The notes under the pieces are model-generated. The model had not been told where the DNA came from and made no database searches. It was given only the letters and a program-made list of their open reading frames with translations. Shown piece by piece: positions 10,829-20,754 of a stretch of DNA of 64,000 nucleotides (positions within the stretch are counted from its first letter, which is position 1; every line of letters starts with the position of its first letter). The DNA is from a virus. The DNA is taken from IMG/VR virus record IMGVR_UViG_3300045988_097913. One strand, written 5' to 3'. A program made the position numbers and the translations under genes.

Positions 10829-12396
10829 AGCCAAGCATCTGCACCCTCTGCAACTGTGGTCGTAGTAGTGCCAAGTTGCTTTGCCAATTTAGTATAACTA
10901 TCAGCCAACGCCACAGTATCTTCATAGCTACCCATTGTAACCATACGAACCTGTGTCATGGCTTCGTTCATATCATAAATTGCAGATGTAAATTCGCTAG
11001 TGATTTTGTTGATGGCTTCCATAGCCACCCGATACTTAATAAAATTTTCTACACTAGATTGAACGGAGTCAGAAAGAGACTTTTGCCCTTCTTTATGTGT
11101 TTCTAAGGTTACATTTGCTTGTCTGAGCGCATCTGTAACTTGTTCCGTCTGGTTTTCTTGATTTTTTTGAACGACAACAAACTGAGCCGTTCCGCTTGTG
11201 CTAGCTTGTACCTCAACTCCGTATTGTTTTAGTGTAGAGACAAGACCGCTCATTGCAGTTTGAGTATCTTTGTATGCTTGAGTATCTTGTTTTCCTTGTG
11301 ATTCAAGAGTTTGCAAAGTCTGATATTGCTTTACATACTCCTTAATGGTACTCAGAAGTTTCTGGTCTTTGGCTTTTGCATTTGTAGCATCAAGAGATGT
11401 GCCAACATTTTTTACAGCCTTTTCAACCTTATCAATATTTTCTTTTGCCTGAACGGCGCTTGTTGCTGTTTTGTCAAAAGTTAATTTACCAGTTGTTTGG
11501 TCAATAACAAGACCATATTGTTTCATTTCAAAAACAATATTTTGAAGCTGTTTTTCTAGCTCTTGATAATACGCAGAACCTTTTTGACCGCTTGTTTCTG
11601 CCTGAGTTATTTTAGCCTGAACAGACTGATATTGATTCAACAAACTAATACTATTTGTTAGATTAGTATTATCCTTTTCCGCAACGGCTTGATTTTGTAG
11701 ATTTTGTTTATAGACATTTCTTTTGGCAATAAGCTCTTGTTCTGCATTGGCAATATTTTGTTTAGCTACCGTGTTTTGTGTGCTTAACTGTTTCTCTAAT
11801 TCTTGCCGCTCTGTGGCGAGTTGTGTCTTCAACGAGGTGTAATATTGGACATTAACAGAATTACCTTGCTGTTTAGCATCCATTATCTTCGTCTCATACT
11901 GGTATCTCTTCTCAAGATTTTGTATAATTTCTTTTTCAATTTGACTTTGTTCTTTTGTTTGTTCTGCACCAGAATAAGTGGACGAAGATGTTCTTAGTTG
12001 CTCATATTGCTTTCTTATATTTATTACTTCTTGAAGACTGCCAGCGGCCTTTATACTTTCTGCTTCTGCAACGTCTATCGCATCTTTTATGCTTTGTTTT
12101 AATGTTATTACTGTTCCATTTGCATCTTTGAAAGACGAAGTAATATTAGACCCAGCCCGTTTGACACTTCCTCCGAGGCTTTCAACTAATTTTGCTACTT
12201 CATTTATATCGTCTTTTTTGAAGTTCTTCGGGAAAGAAAAGCCTTTACCCATTGCTTCGCTTACTTGCGACGATATTTTTTCTGCAACCTCTTTTAGCTC
12301 TTCTTCTAAATATTTTGCACTGTCTGTTACATTTTTAGTATCAAACTCAGGCGTAATTAGAAAGCTAAAAATATCGCTTTGAGATTTATTTGCCAT
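10829..12396 (-). CDS. Tape measure protein, exon 1
   Basis: SD AAGGAGGTGGG before the ATG. Coiled-coil N-terminal region ending ..LAKQLGTTTTTVAEGADAWL, then the tracked ORF reads into the intron. Confidence 0.85.
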
Positions 12397-12408
12397 TTAC
12401 CCACCTCC

Positions 12409-13029
12409 TTATTTCTTATGCCTCTTTGTGTCTCTGCTAACAGAAAGACCGCCAGCAACGCGATGTTTGATAGTGGTATCTTTGAAGTATTTCTTCATAT
12501 AAGCCGCAATCTCTTGTCTCGCCCTACCAGTAAGAAGATTAGAAAGTTCATCGTTGACACCCTCACCAATGCCATTGGTTAAAGCATGACCATAAGGAGA
12601 ATACCACTCACCATTCATTATGTAGTCGTACAACCCTTCTGTAAATTTCTTATTGTCAAAACCGTTGTGAGCGTCAAATTGTGGAGTTTGACCGGGACTA
12701 TATGGACGAATGACACGTTTGAGCTTGTCCCAATCGCAGTAAATTCTAATTTGATTTGGTGTACCATGTTTATCAATGATAGTATAACTAATAGTCGCTA
12801 GAAAGCCGCCTTGTTCTGCTAATCTTTCATAATAAGGAGATTCAGAAGTATCATCGTAAAAATACTTTTTTATATATTCCTTAATTTTTTTGACTCCTTC
12901 TTGAGCAATCGTCATTAGGATATTCTTAGCAGCTCTTTCATAATCATCAGCAAAATTATCATTAATTTTATCAATTTTATTCCAAATTGCTACTTGGAGC
13001 TTTCTGTTATCAACTGACGGCTTCGCCAT
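12409..13029 (-). CDS. Hypothetical protein upstream of TMP
   Basis: ORF with SD GGAAGGTG 6 nt before ATG at 13029. Confidence 0.5.
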   Translation of the reverse strand: MAKPSVDNRKLQVAIWNKIDKINDNFADDYERAAKNILMTIAQEGVKKIKEYIKKYFYDDTSESPYYERLAEQGGFLATISYTIIDKHGTPNQIRIYCDWDKLKRVIRPYSPGQTPQFDAHNGFDNKKFTEGLYDYIMNGEWYSPYGHALTNGIGEGVNDELSNLLTGRARQEIAAYMKKYFKDTTIKHRVAGGLSVSRDTKRHKK

Positions 13030-13678
13030 TTGCATCACCTTCCGGCTTAGAATATTTCTCCTTTAATTTCTTATCTGCTTCTTCCATAGCAGACTTACGC
13101 ATACCGTCCATTAGTTCCTTAACGGCAGGGTTGGAATATGCCATTACATCTTCTATGAAGTCTTTATTCTTCTTGGTACTTAGCTTCTTAAATACCTTAT
13201 CAAGAGCATCAATCTTGTCCTGAGTAATATTATTATCAATAGCACCCTTAATGATATTCATGGTGTTAATTTCATTGATACCAGAAGCCTTTTCAAAAGA
13301 GTCCATAAATTTAACACAGTCATTACCAATTGCTAGTTTTAAATAACGGTCAAACTCAGTTTCAACCATAATGTCGTAATATTCGGGAGACTTATCTTCT
13401 TTTGCAACTTCAATATCGGTATATTTAAGAAGAATGTCAAACAAGACGTGCATATCATAACGCATAAATACGAGTTCAATATCTAGTTTATTGTTTAGAA
13501 TCTCAGCAATTTCTTCTGAGAAGATTTCATTAATCTTGTGGATATAAGCGTACTTATTACCAATAGAAATATAATTAGTAATATTAATATTCTCAAAGAG
13601 CCAACTGTCAAGAGCCTCTTTGTCAATTAACTTGTTTTGAAGCTGCTTTAGTTTATCAATAACAGTCTTTAGTGTCAT
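13010..13678 (-). CDS. Hypothetical acidic protein, positional candidate tail assembly chaperone
   Basis: 222-aa acidic ORF two genes upstream of TMP. Confidence 0.4.
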   Translation of the reverse strand: MTLKTVIDKLKQLQNKLIDKEALDSWLFENINITNYISIGNKYAYIHKINEIFSEEIAEILNNKLDIELVFMRYDMHVLFDILLKYTDIEVAKEDKSPEYYDIMVETEFDRYLKLAIGNDCVKFMDSFEKASGINEINTMNIIKGAIDNNITQDKIDALDKVFKKLSTKKNKDFIEDVMAYSNPAVKELMDGMRKSAMEEADKKLKEKYSKPEGDANGEAVS

Positions 13679-13698
13679 AATTTCAACTCCTTTAATCC

Positions 13699-14745
13699 TT
13701 AAATATCGCTCAAACTACCAGTTTTGATATCTTGTTTAATACCATTTTCATCAAAATAATCACCGAGAGAATCTGCAACGTCTAAATCACAATAAGTGGA
13801 TGTGAGGTCTCCTGACCAGCCTACAAGCGCAACAACAACATCATTAGGTAGTTTTGCTTCCTTCATCATAGTAACATATCTATGTCTACAGCAGTGACTA
13901 TAGAAATCAACCCCCATAAAACTTGAGATAGTTCTACAAATACTATCTGCCGTTGAAATAGTTGCCTGACGATAAGTACCGTCATCGTTCTTTACGATGA
14001 ATAACCATTCGCTTTCAATGTTATTTTCTTTACGATATTTCATCCAAAGGTCATAGTACGGCTTAAACTGTTTAATAAATGTAAACTTGTTAAGTAATTT
14101 ACCTTGTTTACCACGACCCTTAGTACGAATTTGTTCTGGTGTCTTATACATACAGCCATAAACAATATCTTTATCAGTAAACCAATCTGCCTTAAATTGG
14201 ACTAATTCTGCCTTTCTTGCGCCGCAGTTCACAGCAAGAGCAAGATAGCAAGCCGCCTGATACCGTTTAGCGGCAACCAATTTATCAAGACAATCTTGAA
14301 TCTGCTCTTCGCTCATAACAGTTTTTTCACGAACCAACTGCTTTACAGGAGTTTCCAGCTTAACAACAATATTTCTAAAATCAGGAAACTCATCATCAAG
14401 AACATTTTCAATATAATCTGACATAGAAGATAGAGATGATTTAATAGTAGAGATTCTATTACTAGACCATCCCATTTCTGTAATTGCATAATTAAAGAAA
14501 CTAACAAGTTGCCGCTTCTTCAAATCCACAAAGAACGTGTCTTTATTATGCAAATAATTCCAACAGAAGAACAGACGAATCATTTGTTCATATTGATAAA
14601 TCGTCTGTGGAGAACGCCCGCCAGTAGTTTTATATGCAAGATAATCTTTCAACAGGTTCTTATTATCTTCGTTAACTTTTGTCCAAATTTCTTCTGTGTA
14701 AATTCTATTATATACAGTTTTTCTTCCCAATTTCGTCACTTCCAA
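13699..14745 (-). CDS. Tyrosine recombinase (phage integrase family)
   Basis: GARKAEL (Arg), HCCRHRY (H-x-x-R) and LVGWSGDLTSTYCD (W/H..Y) in the usual order and spacing. Confidence 0.8.
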   Translation of the reverse strand: MEVTKLGRKTVYNRIYTEEIWTKVNEDNKNLLKDYLAYKTTGGRSPQTIYQYEQMIRLFFCWNYLHNKDTFFVDLKKRQLVSFFNYAITEMGWSSNRISTIKSSLSSMSDYIENVLDDEFPDFRNIVVKLETPVKQLVREKTVMSEEQIQDCLDKLVAAKRYQAACYLALAVNCGARKAELVQFKADWFTDKDIVYGCMYKTPEQIRTKGRGKQGKLLNKFTFIKQFKPYYDLWMKYRKENNIESEWLFIVKNDDGTYRQATISTADSICRTISSFMGVDFYSHCCRHRYVTMMKEAKLPNDVVVALVGWSGDLTSTYCDLDVADSLGDYFDENGIKQDIKTGSLSDI

Positions 14746-15259
14746 TCTTATCTAATAACTTTGCTACATCATAGCTATAATATTTTTTCTTTAATTTTTT
14801 ATCTATTTGAACAGCACCATACGCAATACAGTCCTGAATATTTATTGAAACCTTAGTTGATTCTTTTTTAAATTTATTGAAATCTTTGATACTCAAGAAA
14901 TAAGTTCCATCATTTCTAAAGTCTAACACAAAACCACATATACAATTACAATACTTATTATACTCAGTAAGAGCTTGAATTTGATGCCAATGGATTTCTC
15001 GTTTAGTAGGATTTTCTTTCGTTGGTTTCTCACGTTCGAAAGAAAAGCTCTTCTTGTCTGTTGATTTTAGTTCCAGACAATACATACAAGGAGTTTTGAA
15101 CAAGATAAAGTCAAACAGAGATTTCATAGAAAATCTTGTTGACCTACTATCTTGTCCAAAACCACTTGCGCTATCATGCAGTCTAATTACTGCCACATCT
15201 TTAGGAATACTCTCTTTGAACTTCTGTTCAAAAATCTTTCCAACATTCGTCAATATCAA
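14708..15259 (-). CDS. RecU-like Holliday junction resolvase (PD-(D/E)XK)
   Basis: FDFILFKTPCMYCLELKSTDKKSFSF (D..E-x-K core) and IHWHQIQAL resemble RecU motifs. Confidence 0.6.
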   Translation of the reverse strand: MILTNVGKIFEQKFKESIPKDVAVIRLHDSASGFGQDSRSTRFSMKSLFDFILFKTPCMYCLELKSTDKKSFSFEREKPTKENPTKREIHWHQIQALTEYNKYCNCICGFVLDFRNDGTYFLSIKDFNKFKKESTKVSINIQDCIAYGAVQIDKKLKKKYYSYDVAKLLDKIGSDEIGKKNCI

Positions 15260-15650
15260 TCACCGGCTTCTCACCATTTTCAGTAAAGAAGTATTCATTA
15301 CGATTACTCTTAACAACATTATTCAACATTAAATCCCAGTATGGAATCTCATGTGGAATAATGGTTCTTGACAGGTAATAGTTAATTGTGCTATACTTTT
15401 CAAGACGATACATGGGGTCAGGCAGATTAAAACAATATTGTTCATAAACAATAATAAAGCGTAGCATGATATTCTTGTTAAATTGTAGATATTCTACAAG
15501 GGTATCGTCTGCGAATGTTAGCGTGAAACTATTTTCTTGATTATCAACACAATGATACAACGATTTTACATTAATCATTGTAGAATCAAATACACCAATT
15601 AGCCGCTCGTGTGTAACATCTTTAATATAAAGTTTGAAACATTTCTCCAT
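15228..15650 (-). CDS. Hypothetical protein
   Basis: ORF. Start moved to ATG 15650, which follows GATTGAAAGGGAT. Confidence 0.5.
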   Translation of the reverse strand: MEKCFKLYIKDVTHERLIGVFDSTMINVKSLYHCVDNQENSFTLTFADDTLVEYLQFNKNIMLRFIIVYEQYCFNLPDPMYRLEKYSTINYYLSRTIIPHEIPYWDLMLNNVVKSNRNEYFFTENGEKPVIDIDECWKDF

Positions 15651-15772
15651 GTTTTTATCCCTTTCAATCCAAAAGTCTGTAAACAACCACAACCCACCCT
15701 TAAAATCCCCGTGTTTACAGCACTTTATTTAGCAATAAAATTTCACTTTCATGAACATACATCTAAAATAGA

Positions 15773-15817
15773 AAATGAGTTAAAAATCCATAAATATACA
15801 GATAAATAACTCATTTT
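15773..15817 (-). terminator. Hairpin terminator candidate
   Basis: 11-bp perfect arms AAAATGAGTTA/TAACTCATTTT, followed by a U-rich run on the minus strand. Confidence 0.45.
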
Positions 15818-15832
15818 CAAACGTTCTATAAT

Positions 15833-16267
15833 TTAAAGCTTAATTTCATGTTTTGAATTTTCAGTACCAGTCTTCTTCTGGGTAGGGGTACGATTAGAAG
15901 TTTTAGACTTCATTTCATTTAGTTCTGATACATATTTATTAATTTCTTTCATTTCATTGCACGGAACAACAAAATATCTAAAATCGTCCGGGGTACGAGT
16001 TACCCCATCATGACAGTCAAACTTGCCAAGTTCTAGGTCATAACCAATAATATCAACAAAGATATCAGAGTTAGCAAGTTTACCTCTTAGTAAAGTCTTC
16101 ATTTTTTCTCCTTCGATAATTACTGGTTGCAAGTTTCCATTGTTCATTATACTTTTGCGAAAGCAATCCTCAGAACAATAGGAGTTTTTATATGAGCCAA
16201 CAGAAACACAAGCCAGACAAACATAATATGAGCGTCCACAGTATGCACAAATTCTATTATGTTTCAT
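15833..16267 (-). CDS. Zinc-ribbon protein, function unknown
   Basis: N-terminal CAYCG..CLAC..C..C cysteine cluster. Confidence 0.5.
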   Translation of the reverse strand: MKHNRICAYCGRSYYVCLACVSVGSYKNSYCSEDCFRKSIMNNGNLQPVIIEGEKMKTLLRGKLANSDIFVDIIGYDLELGKFDCHDGVTRTPDDFRYFVVPCNEMKEINKYVSELNEMKSKTSNRTPTQKKTGTENSKHEIKL

Positions 16268-16281
16268 TTCTTACACCTGAT

Positions 16282-16611
16282 TTATTTGTTGAATGCGTCT
16301 CCGACCTTGCCCTTTTGGTTATCAAGTTCTTCAACAGCGCCCTCAATTAAGGCGTCAATAATAACGCTGTCTTTAATGCCAACATTATTAAGCATATCCT
16401 TTACCCACTGTTTCTTAGTTTCTTTAGGAATTTGACTTGTGGACGCCATCTTTTCAGCTGCATTTACAAAATATTTTACAACATGATATAGACCAATCTG
16501 CTTTAGCCAAGGGGTAACAGCGGGGATGACAGACTTGCATAGATATGCAAAACAACCGGCAATAATAATACGAACTAAATTAACAATAATAGGAGTTAGA
16601 ATTTCCATCAT
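16282..16611 (-). CDS. Small membrane protein, holin-like (tentative)
   Basis: One N-terminal TM segment followed by a charged soluble tail. Confidence 0.35.
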   Translation of the reverse strand: MMEILTPIIVNLVRIIIAGCFAYLCKSVIPAVTPWLKQIGLYHVVKYFVNAAEKMASTSQIPKETKKQWVKDMLNNVGIKDSVIIDALIEGAVEELDNQKGKVGDAFNK

Positions 16612-16638
16612 AATAATACATCCCTTTCTATACGTTAT

Positions 16639-18225
16639 TTACTGTATTGCTACTGTGTCGTGATGACCATCACCGTATGTAACTTTAAGTGTATTTTCAC
16701 CAGACAATTCAATTTTTGTGATATAAGTAGCAACTATTTGTTGACCATTAGAATCACGATTCGCTCTTTCTGCCATTGTATCGCTTCCGGTAATAATGGC
16801 AGTGTATTGAGCATTGTGTATTTCGCTTCCGGCATCGGATATTGATTTGTAACACTCTACAGAACTTCCCCTTGTATCTTCCGTAGTGTTGTCAACTTCT
16901 TCTGAATCAACAAGAATCCATGTTCTCTTAATAAAACCACGAGATTCAGACGCAAACGCTCTAATTGTGGTAGAAGCGTAGGAAGATTCAATCTTCACAA
17001 ATACATCAGCGTAGGTTGCATTGATTGTATCATCAACTGCAATCTGAACAAAGTCTGTTGATAGATTATTTCTAGCAAGCCACTTTACTTCAACGCCAGA
17101 CCTAGCACCTGTGCCATTAGTTCTCATTGCGATTCTGCAAATACCAAAACCACCACCAAGATATCCCTGAGAAATATATAGTGTTGTTGACCAGTCTTTA
17201 TAATTCTCAGAAGTTAAATCAATTCTTGCAATACGATGGTATGGATAATTATTCTGGTTTCCAACTTTTGCATTACATGAATAAAAACCAACGTCTGCTT
17301 TTGAATCGTCTGAACCATCATATTTATAATTTAACACAACATCTGTACCGCCAGATACAGTTCTTTCTTGTGACAATTTTGAAGCCGCTGTTGCTGTACT
17401 CGCATTTCCAATAAAACCGTTTCTGTTAATTAAGAAATGCTTGTCCTCTAGGTCAATACTTAGCTCATGAGAACCGGTTTTGCTATACATAACTACACCA
17501 TTATCATGACCGCCATCAAAATGGATTTTATTTTCTTGATATAGCATAACAGCTGTATCAGAAACGCCCAGATTATTATTCAACATAATGCAATCAGAAG
17601 CGGAAAGTGTTAATGTATTTTCTTCTGGGCTAAATATAGATACAAAACCATTATTACCACCTTCAAATTTAAGCATAGAGAACTTACCAGAGGTTGAATC
17701 TGGATTAGCTAATGTTAAACCGGTCTTGTCAATCCTAGCGACACCATTTATATCGTCGCCATCAACAACATTCCAAGAAAAAAGACCGCCATTTTCAACT
17801 GTAAAATCTTGGTATGGAGTTCCGTTCATATAACCAGAGCTAATGGCACTTGTCATCTCAGGGGCTCCGTTTTTTGTACTGTAAATTGTAAGTCCGCCAT
17901 AAGGGGAACCAGAACCATCTTCGTTTACAAGTTCGACAGATACATTATTGTGCTTATTTTCTAAAGATATATAGCTTGGATTTGCAACGAAATAGGTAGA
18001 GCCATTCGTGCTGAACTGTATATTTTTATCACTATAAATATCTAGGTTATTATTTGAGTTTTGACTAAATTTAGATACATTTGAATTTTTTTTGAGATAC
18101 AATGAGCTATCGTCTAATGTTGCATCACCTGTTAGAGTACCGCCAGATAAAGAAAGATACTCTTTTTGTGCATCAATTTTTCGGAGGTATAGAGAATCGG
18201 CAAGTTGAACATATATTTTTGCCAA
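16639..18225 (-). CDS. Tail fibre / receptor-binding protein
   Basis: 528 aa, Ser/Thr/Asn/Gly-rich beta-type sequence. May begin at ATG 18262 if the A8 tract is miscounted (see findings). Confidence 0.6.
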   Translation of the reverse strand: MAKIYVQLADSLYLRKIDAQKEYLSLSGGTLTGDATLDDSSLYLKKNSNVSKFSQNSNNNLDIYSDKNIQFSTNGSTYFVANPSYISLENKHNNVSVELVNEDGSGSPYGGLTIYSTKNGAPEMTSAISSGYMNGTPYQDFTVENGGLFSWNVVDGDDINGVARIDKTGLTLANPDSTSGKFSMLKFEGGNNGFVSIFSPEENTLTLSASDCIMLNNNLGVSDTAVMLYQENKIHFDGGHDNGVVMYSKTGSHELSIDLEDKHFLINRNGFIGNASTATAASKLSQERTVSGGTDVVLNYKYDGSDDSKADVGFYSCNAKVGNQNNYPYHRIARIDLTSENYKDWSTTLYISQGYLGGGFGICRIAMRTNGTGARSGVEVKWLARNNLSTDFVQIAVDDTINATYADVFVKIESSYASTTIRAFASESRGFIKRTWILVDSEEVDNTTEDTRGSSVECYKSISDAGSEIHNAQYTAIITGSDTMAERANRDSNGQQIVATYITKIELSGENTLKVTYGDGHHDTVAIQ

Positions 18226-18324
18226 ACCTACGTTTATTTTTTTTACTTAAATCGTAAGCCATGTAATCCCCCTTTCTATAATATTGCTTATATTTTATTG
18301 TTTATATATGTTTGTTTTTATGCC

Positions 18325-18789
18325 TTATAGTCCACGCATCCAGTTCTCGATAATGGTACTACGGTACTCATGCGCCCGCAGACCCGGATGGTCGTTATAG
18401 AGGGCAAGTTTAAAGGCGTCGTTGCGCAACTGCTTTGCCGTAGGGCTGACATTCGTGCGTCCCCGCAGCCGGATGCCGCAAGTCCATATCTTGTTTATAC
18501 CGTTCGGGTTGATGCCTTCCCATGTGCAGTTCACAAACCGGATGTTTTTGCATCCCTCTAGCACCATGTTCGCGCCCTTCCAAAAAATCACGTTCCGAAC
18601 TTCCAGATTTTCAACGTTGTTGACGATAATCTCAAAGTACTTGTACTTTTTATTTCCACCGTCAACAACACAATTATCACGGCTTAGGGCTCTTATTAAA
18701 GCTTCCGTATCATCTGTTTCGCCATCGCCAATAGCACCAAATTGTTGAGGGTAAATAATAGGAGTATTATCCCCCCCCATTATCTTCAA
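18325..18789 (-). CDS. Pectate-lyase-like beta-helix fragment (depolymerase N-terminal motif)
   Basis: QQFGAIGDGETDDTEALIRAL matches the FGAxGDGxTDDTxAIQ motif. Short, and its 3' half is GC-rich. Confidence 0.5.
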   Translation of the reverse strand: MKIMGGDNTPIIYPQQFGAIGDGETDDTEALIRALSRDNCVVDGGNKKYKYFEIIVNNVENLEVRNVIFWKGANMVLEGCKNIRFVNCTWEGINPNGINKIWTCGIRLRGRTNVSPTAKQLRNDAFKLALYNDHPGLRAHEYRSTIIENWMRGL

Positions 18790-18916
18790 TATCTTTTATT
18801 TTATTCTGTATTTCTTCAATGTTCGTACTATTTTCTGATATTCCTTGTTCAAAATGTGCTAGATGAGCTTGATTTAAAATCTGACCATTTTTAATATTTA
18901 ATTTTTTATAAGGCAA
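18767..18916 (-). CDS. N-terminal fragment probably belonging to 18325-18789 (frame broken at a G8 run)
   Basis: SD GAGGTG 6 nt before TTG at 18916. Ends ..DIEDNGGG inside the homopolymer. Confidence 0.4.
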   Translation of the reverse strand: MPYKKLNIKNGQILNQAHLAHFEQGISENSTNIEEIQNKIKDIEDNGGG

Positions 18917-18944
18917 ATAGTTCACCTCGCATTTCAATAATAAT

Positions 18945-18978
18945 AAAAAATGTAGGTAACGCAAATACGTTACCTACA
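18945..18978 (-). terminator. Rho-independent terminator after the major tail gene
   Basis: 11-bp perfect stem TGTAGGTAACG/CGTTACCTACA, followed by U6 on the minus strand. Confidence 0.7.
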
Positions 18979-18993
18979 TTTAATCGCAAAGAA

Positions 18994-19848
18994 TTACTCC
19001 TCGTCAGTATCAATAATAATAGAATACAGGTCGTCAGATTCACAACCAGCAACAAACTCCATAGAGATATTGTGTACTGCGGGGTCACCGTCAGCAGACA
19101 AATCCCATGTCCAGTTGCCATCAATCTGAGCCATACCATGAACGATACAAGGATACAGGCTGCCGTCGCAAATATCTGCAACTAGACCATAGGCAGTTAC
19201 TAGTGCGGTATCAGGCATTGTATTGGTCTTGATGTTAATACGCTGTGCCACTGCCTTAGACTTAATAGTATAAGCCATGGATAGCTTAGTACAGCCAAGG
19301 GTCTGAACCATTGTAGTTACATCGGTTTCATCAAGAGTAATCTTAGCCTTTTTAATCTCGCTAGATGTAACTTCTGGGGTATAGCTAAACTTCCCAGAAG
19401 AAGTGGTGTCGTCCTCTGTTAGAACCTTTACATAGTCACCATCTTTTTGAGTACCATAAATAGTACCGATATACCGAGTTGCGCCAGTCTTTTTTACAGC
19501 GGGCAAAGTCAAATCATACACGGTAGTGCCTTCCTTTAGGTCAATCTGAACATACTTAGTATAAGTAGTTTCACCCATAACAACGTCAGTACCATTCTGT
19601 GCTGCAAGCACATCAGTATTCCAAGTTGCATTTTCAATATTAAAGGTGGCGTGCTTTGAGTGCCCAAAGCCACGACCGATATAGGAGTTACCCTTGCCGC
19701 CACTAGGGTACACCATCTCTTGTGTATTCTCAATACTAGAAGTCTTGCAATGCTTTAAATATCCGATAATGCTCTCATCAGATGGCTTCTGCATTAGAAT
19801 CTCATACACCTGTTGAATAACAAAGTTCTTAGGTGTTCCTTTTGCCAT
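18994..19848 (-). CDS. Major tail protein (putative)
   Basis: 284 aa, the last gene of the neck/tail block, followed by a strong terminator. Confidence 0.5.
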   Translation of the reverse strand: MAKGTPKNFVIQQVYEILMQKPSDESIIGYLKHCKTSSIENTQEMVYPSGGKGNSYIGRGFGHSKHATFNIENATWNTDVLAAQNGTDVVMGETTYTKYVQIDLKEGTTVYDLTLPAVKKTGATRYIGTIYGTQKDGDYVKVLTEDDTTSSGKFSYTPEVTSSEIKKAKITLDETDVTTMVQTLGCTKLSMAYTIKSKAVAQRINIKTNTMPDTALVTAYGLVADICDGSLYPCIVHGMAQIDGNWTWDLSADGDPAVHNISMEFVAGCESDDLYSIIIDTDEE

Positions 19849-19869
19849 AACTATTTCCTCCTTAAATAA

Positions 19870-20754
19870 TTAACTTTCATTATTTATAATAGAAGACCAA
19901 TGAATTTTATTTATATCAATCGGGGTTTTCTTTGTGTCAATACACCCGGAGTGTAAAGCATCCATTGTATTTCTATAATTGTCAGCTTGAATATATCTGA
20001 AATACGAATCATAAATCACATATATAGGTTTGCTGAAAAGTTCTTCGTATGAAAATATTTTAAAAGTTACGAGACAAGATAATATACATTGAAAATCTTC
20101 TTGTTCTTTATCTCTACTTTTATTTTTTCTTGCCTCGTATTCTCTTTCTTCGTAGTTTCTCTGTAAGATTACTTTTTTTGCTTTTTTGGTAGCACCTTTA
20201 AGAAATTCATATTTAGGATGAATCCAATTTATATCTCTTAAATATTCTACCAATATATGATAAGTCTGTTCGTTAAATTTAACAGAATCAGACTCTATAT
20301 ATAACTTATCATTTTCACATTTAACGCTCAAAAGGAATATTTGTGTGTTTTCTCCAATGGTTCTACCTAATACAATCCACTTACCGTCCAAATTTAGAAA
20401 GTAATTAAGCGCATTAGACATATCATTATTGATAACAATACACTCTTCGTCATTTTCTGAGACAAGTTCACCATCTCTAATAAAAACATTGTTTGATGTA
20501 CTATCTGATAGGCATTCTTGAATAAAAAAATCATATTCAGACTTAATATCTTCGTACCATATTTTATTTTCAACCCATAAAATATCAGCAATATCTTTCG
20601 ACTGTGTGATAATGAGAGTCAGATTTTTCATATATTCACTATAAACATCTTTTTCCCCAACGTCGCTAAATAATTTATTAACTTTTGGGTGTTCTACATA
20701 TACGTTTTCTGCTAATTTTAGCGGTCTCCCGCTATACAACTGTAAAGCGTTCAA
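19870..20754 (-). CDS. Hypothetical virion-module protein
   Basis: ORF translationally coupled to the upstream gene (ATGA overlap). Confidence 0.5.
   Translation of the reverse strand: MNALQLYSGRPLKLAENVYVEHPKVNKLFSDVGEKDVYSEYMKNLTLIITQSKDIADILWVENKIWYEDIKSEYDFFIQECLSDSTSNNVFIRDGELVSENDEECIVINNDMSNALNYFLNLDGKWIVLGRTIGENTQIFLLSVKCENDKLYIESDSVKFNEQTYHILVEYLRDINWIHPKYEFLKGATKKAKKVILQRNYEEREYEARKNKSRDKEQEDFQCILSCLVTFKIFSYEELFSKPIYVIYDSYFRYIQADNYRNTMDALHSGCIDTKKTPIDINKIHWSSIINNES

Noticed and set aside
13010-13038. The overlap of ORFs 13010-13678 and 12409-13038 upstream of TMP, considered as a G/GT -1 frameshift chaperone pair.
   Set aside because: The downstream frame is +1, not -1. No slippery heptamer is visible. 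A good SD (GGAAGGTG) precedes ATG 13029, so independent initiation is simpler.
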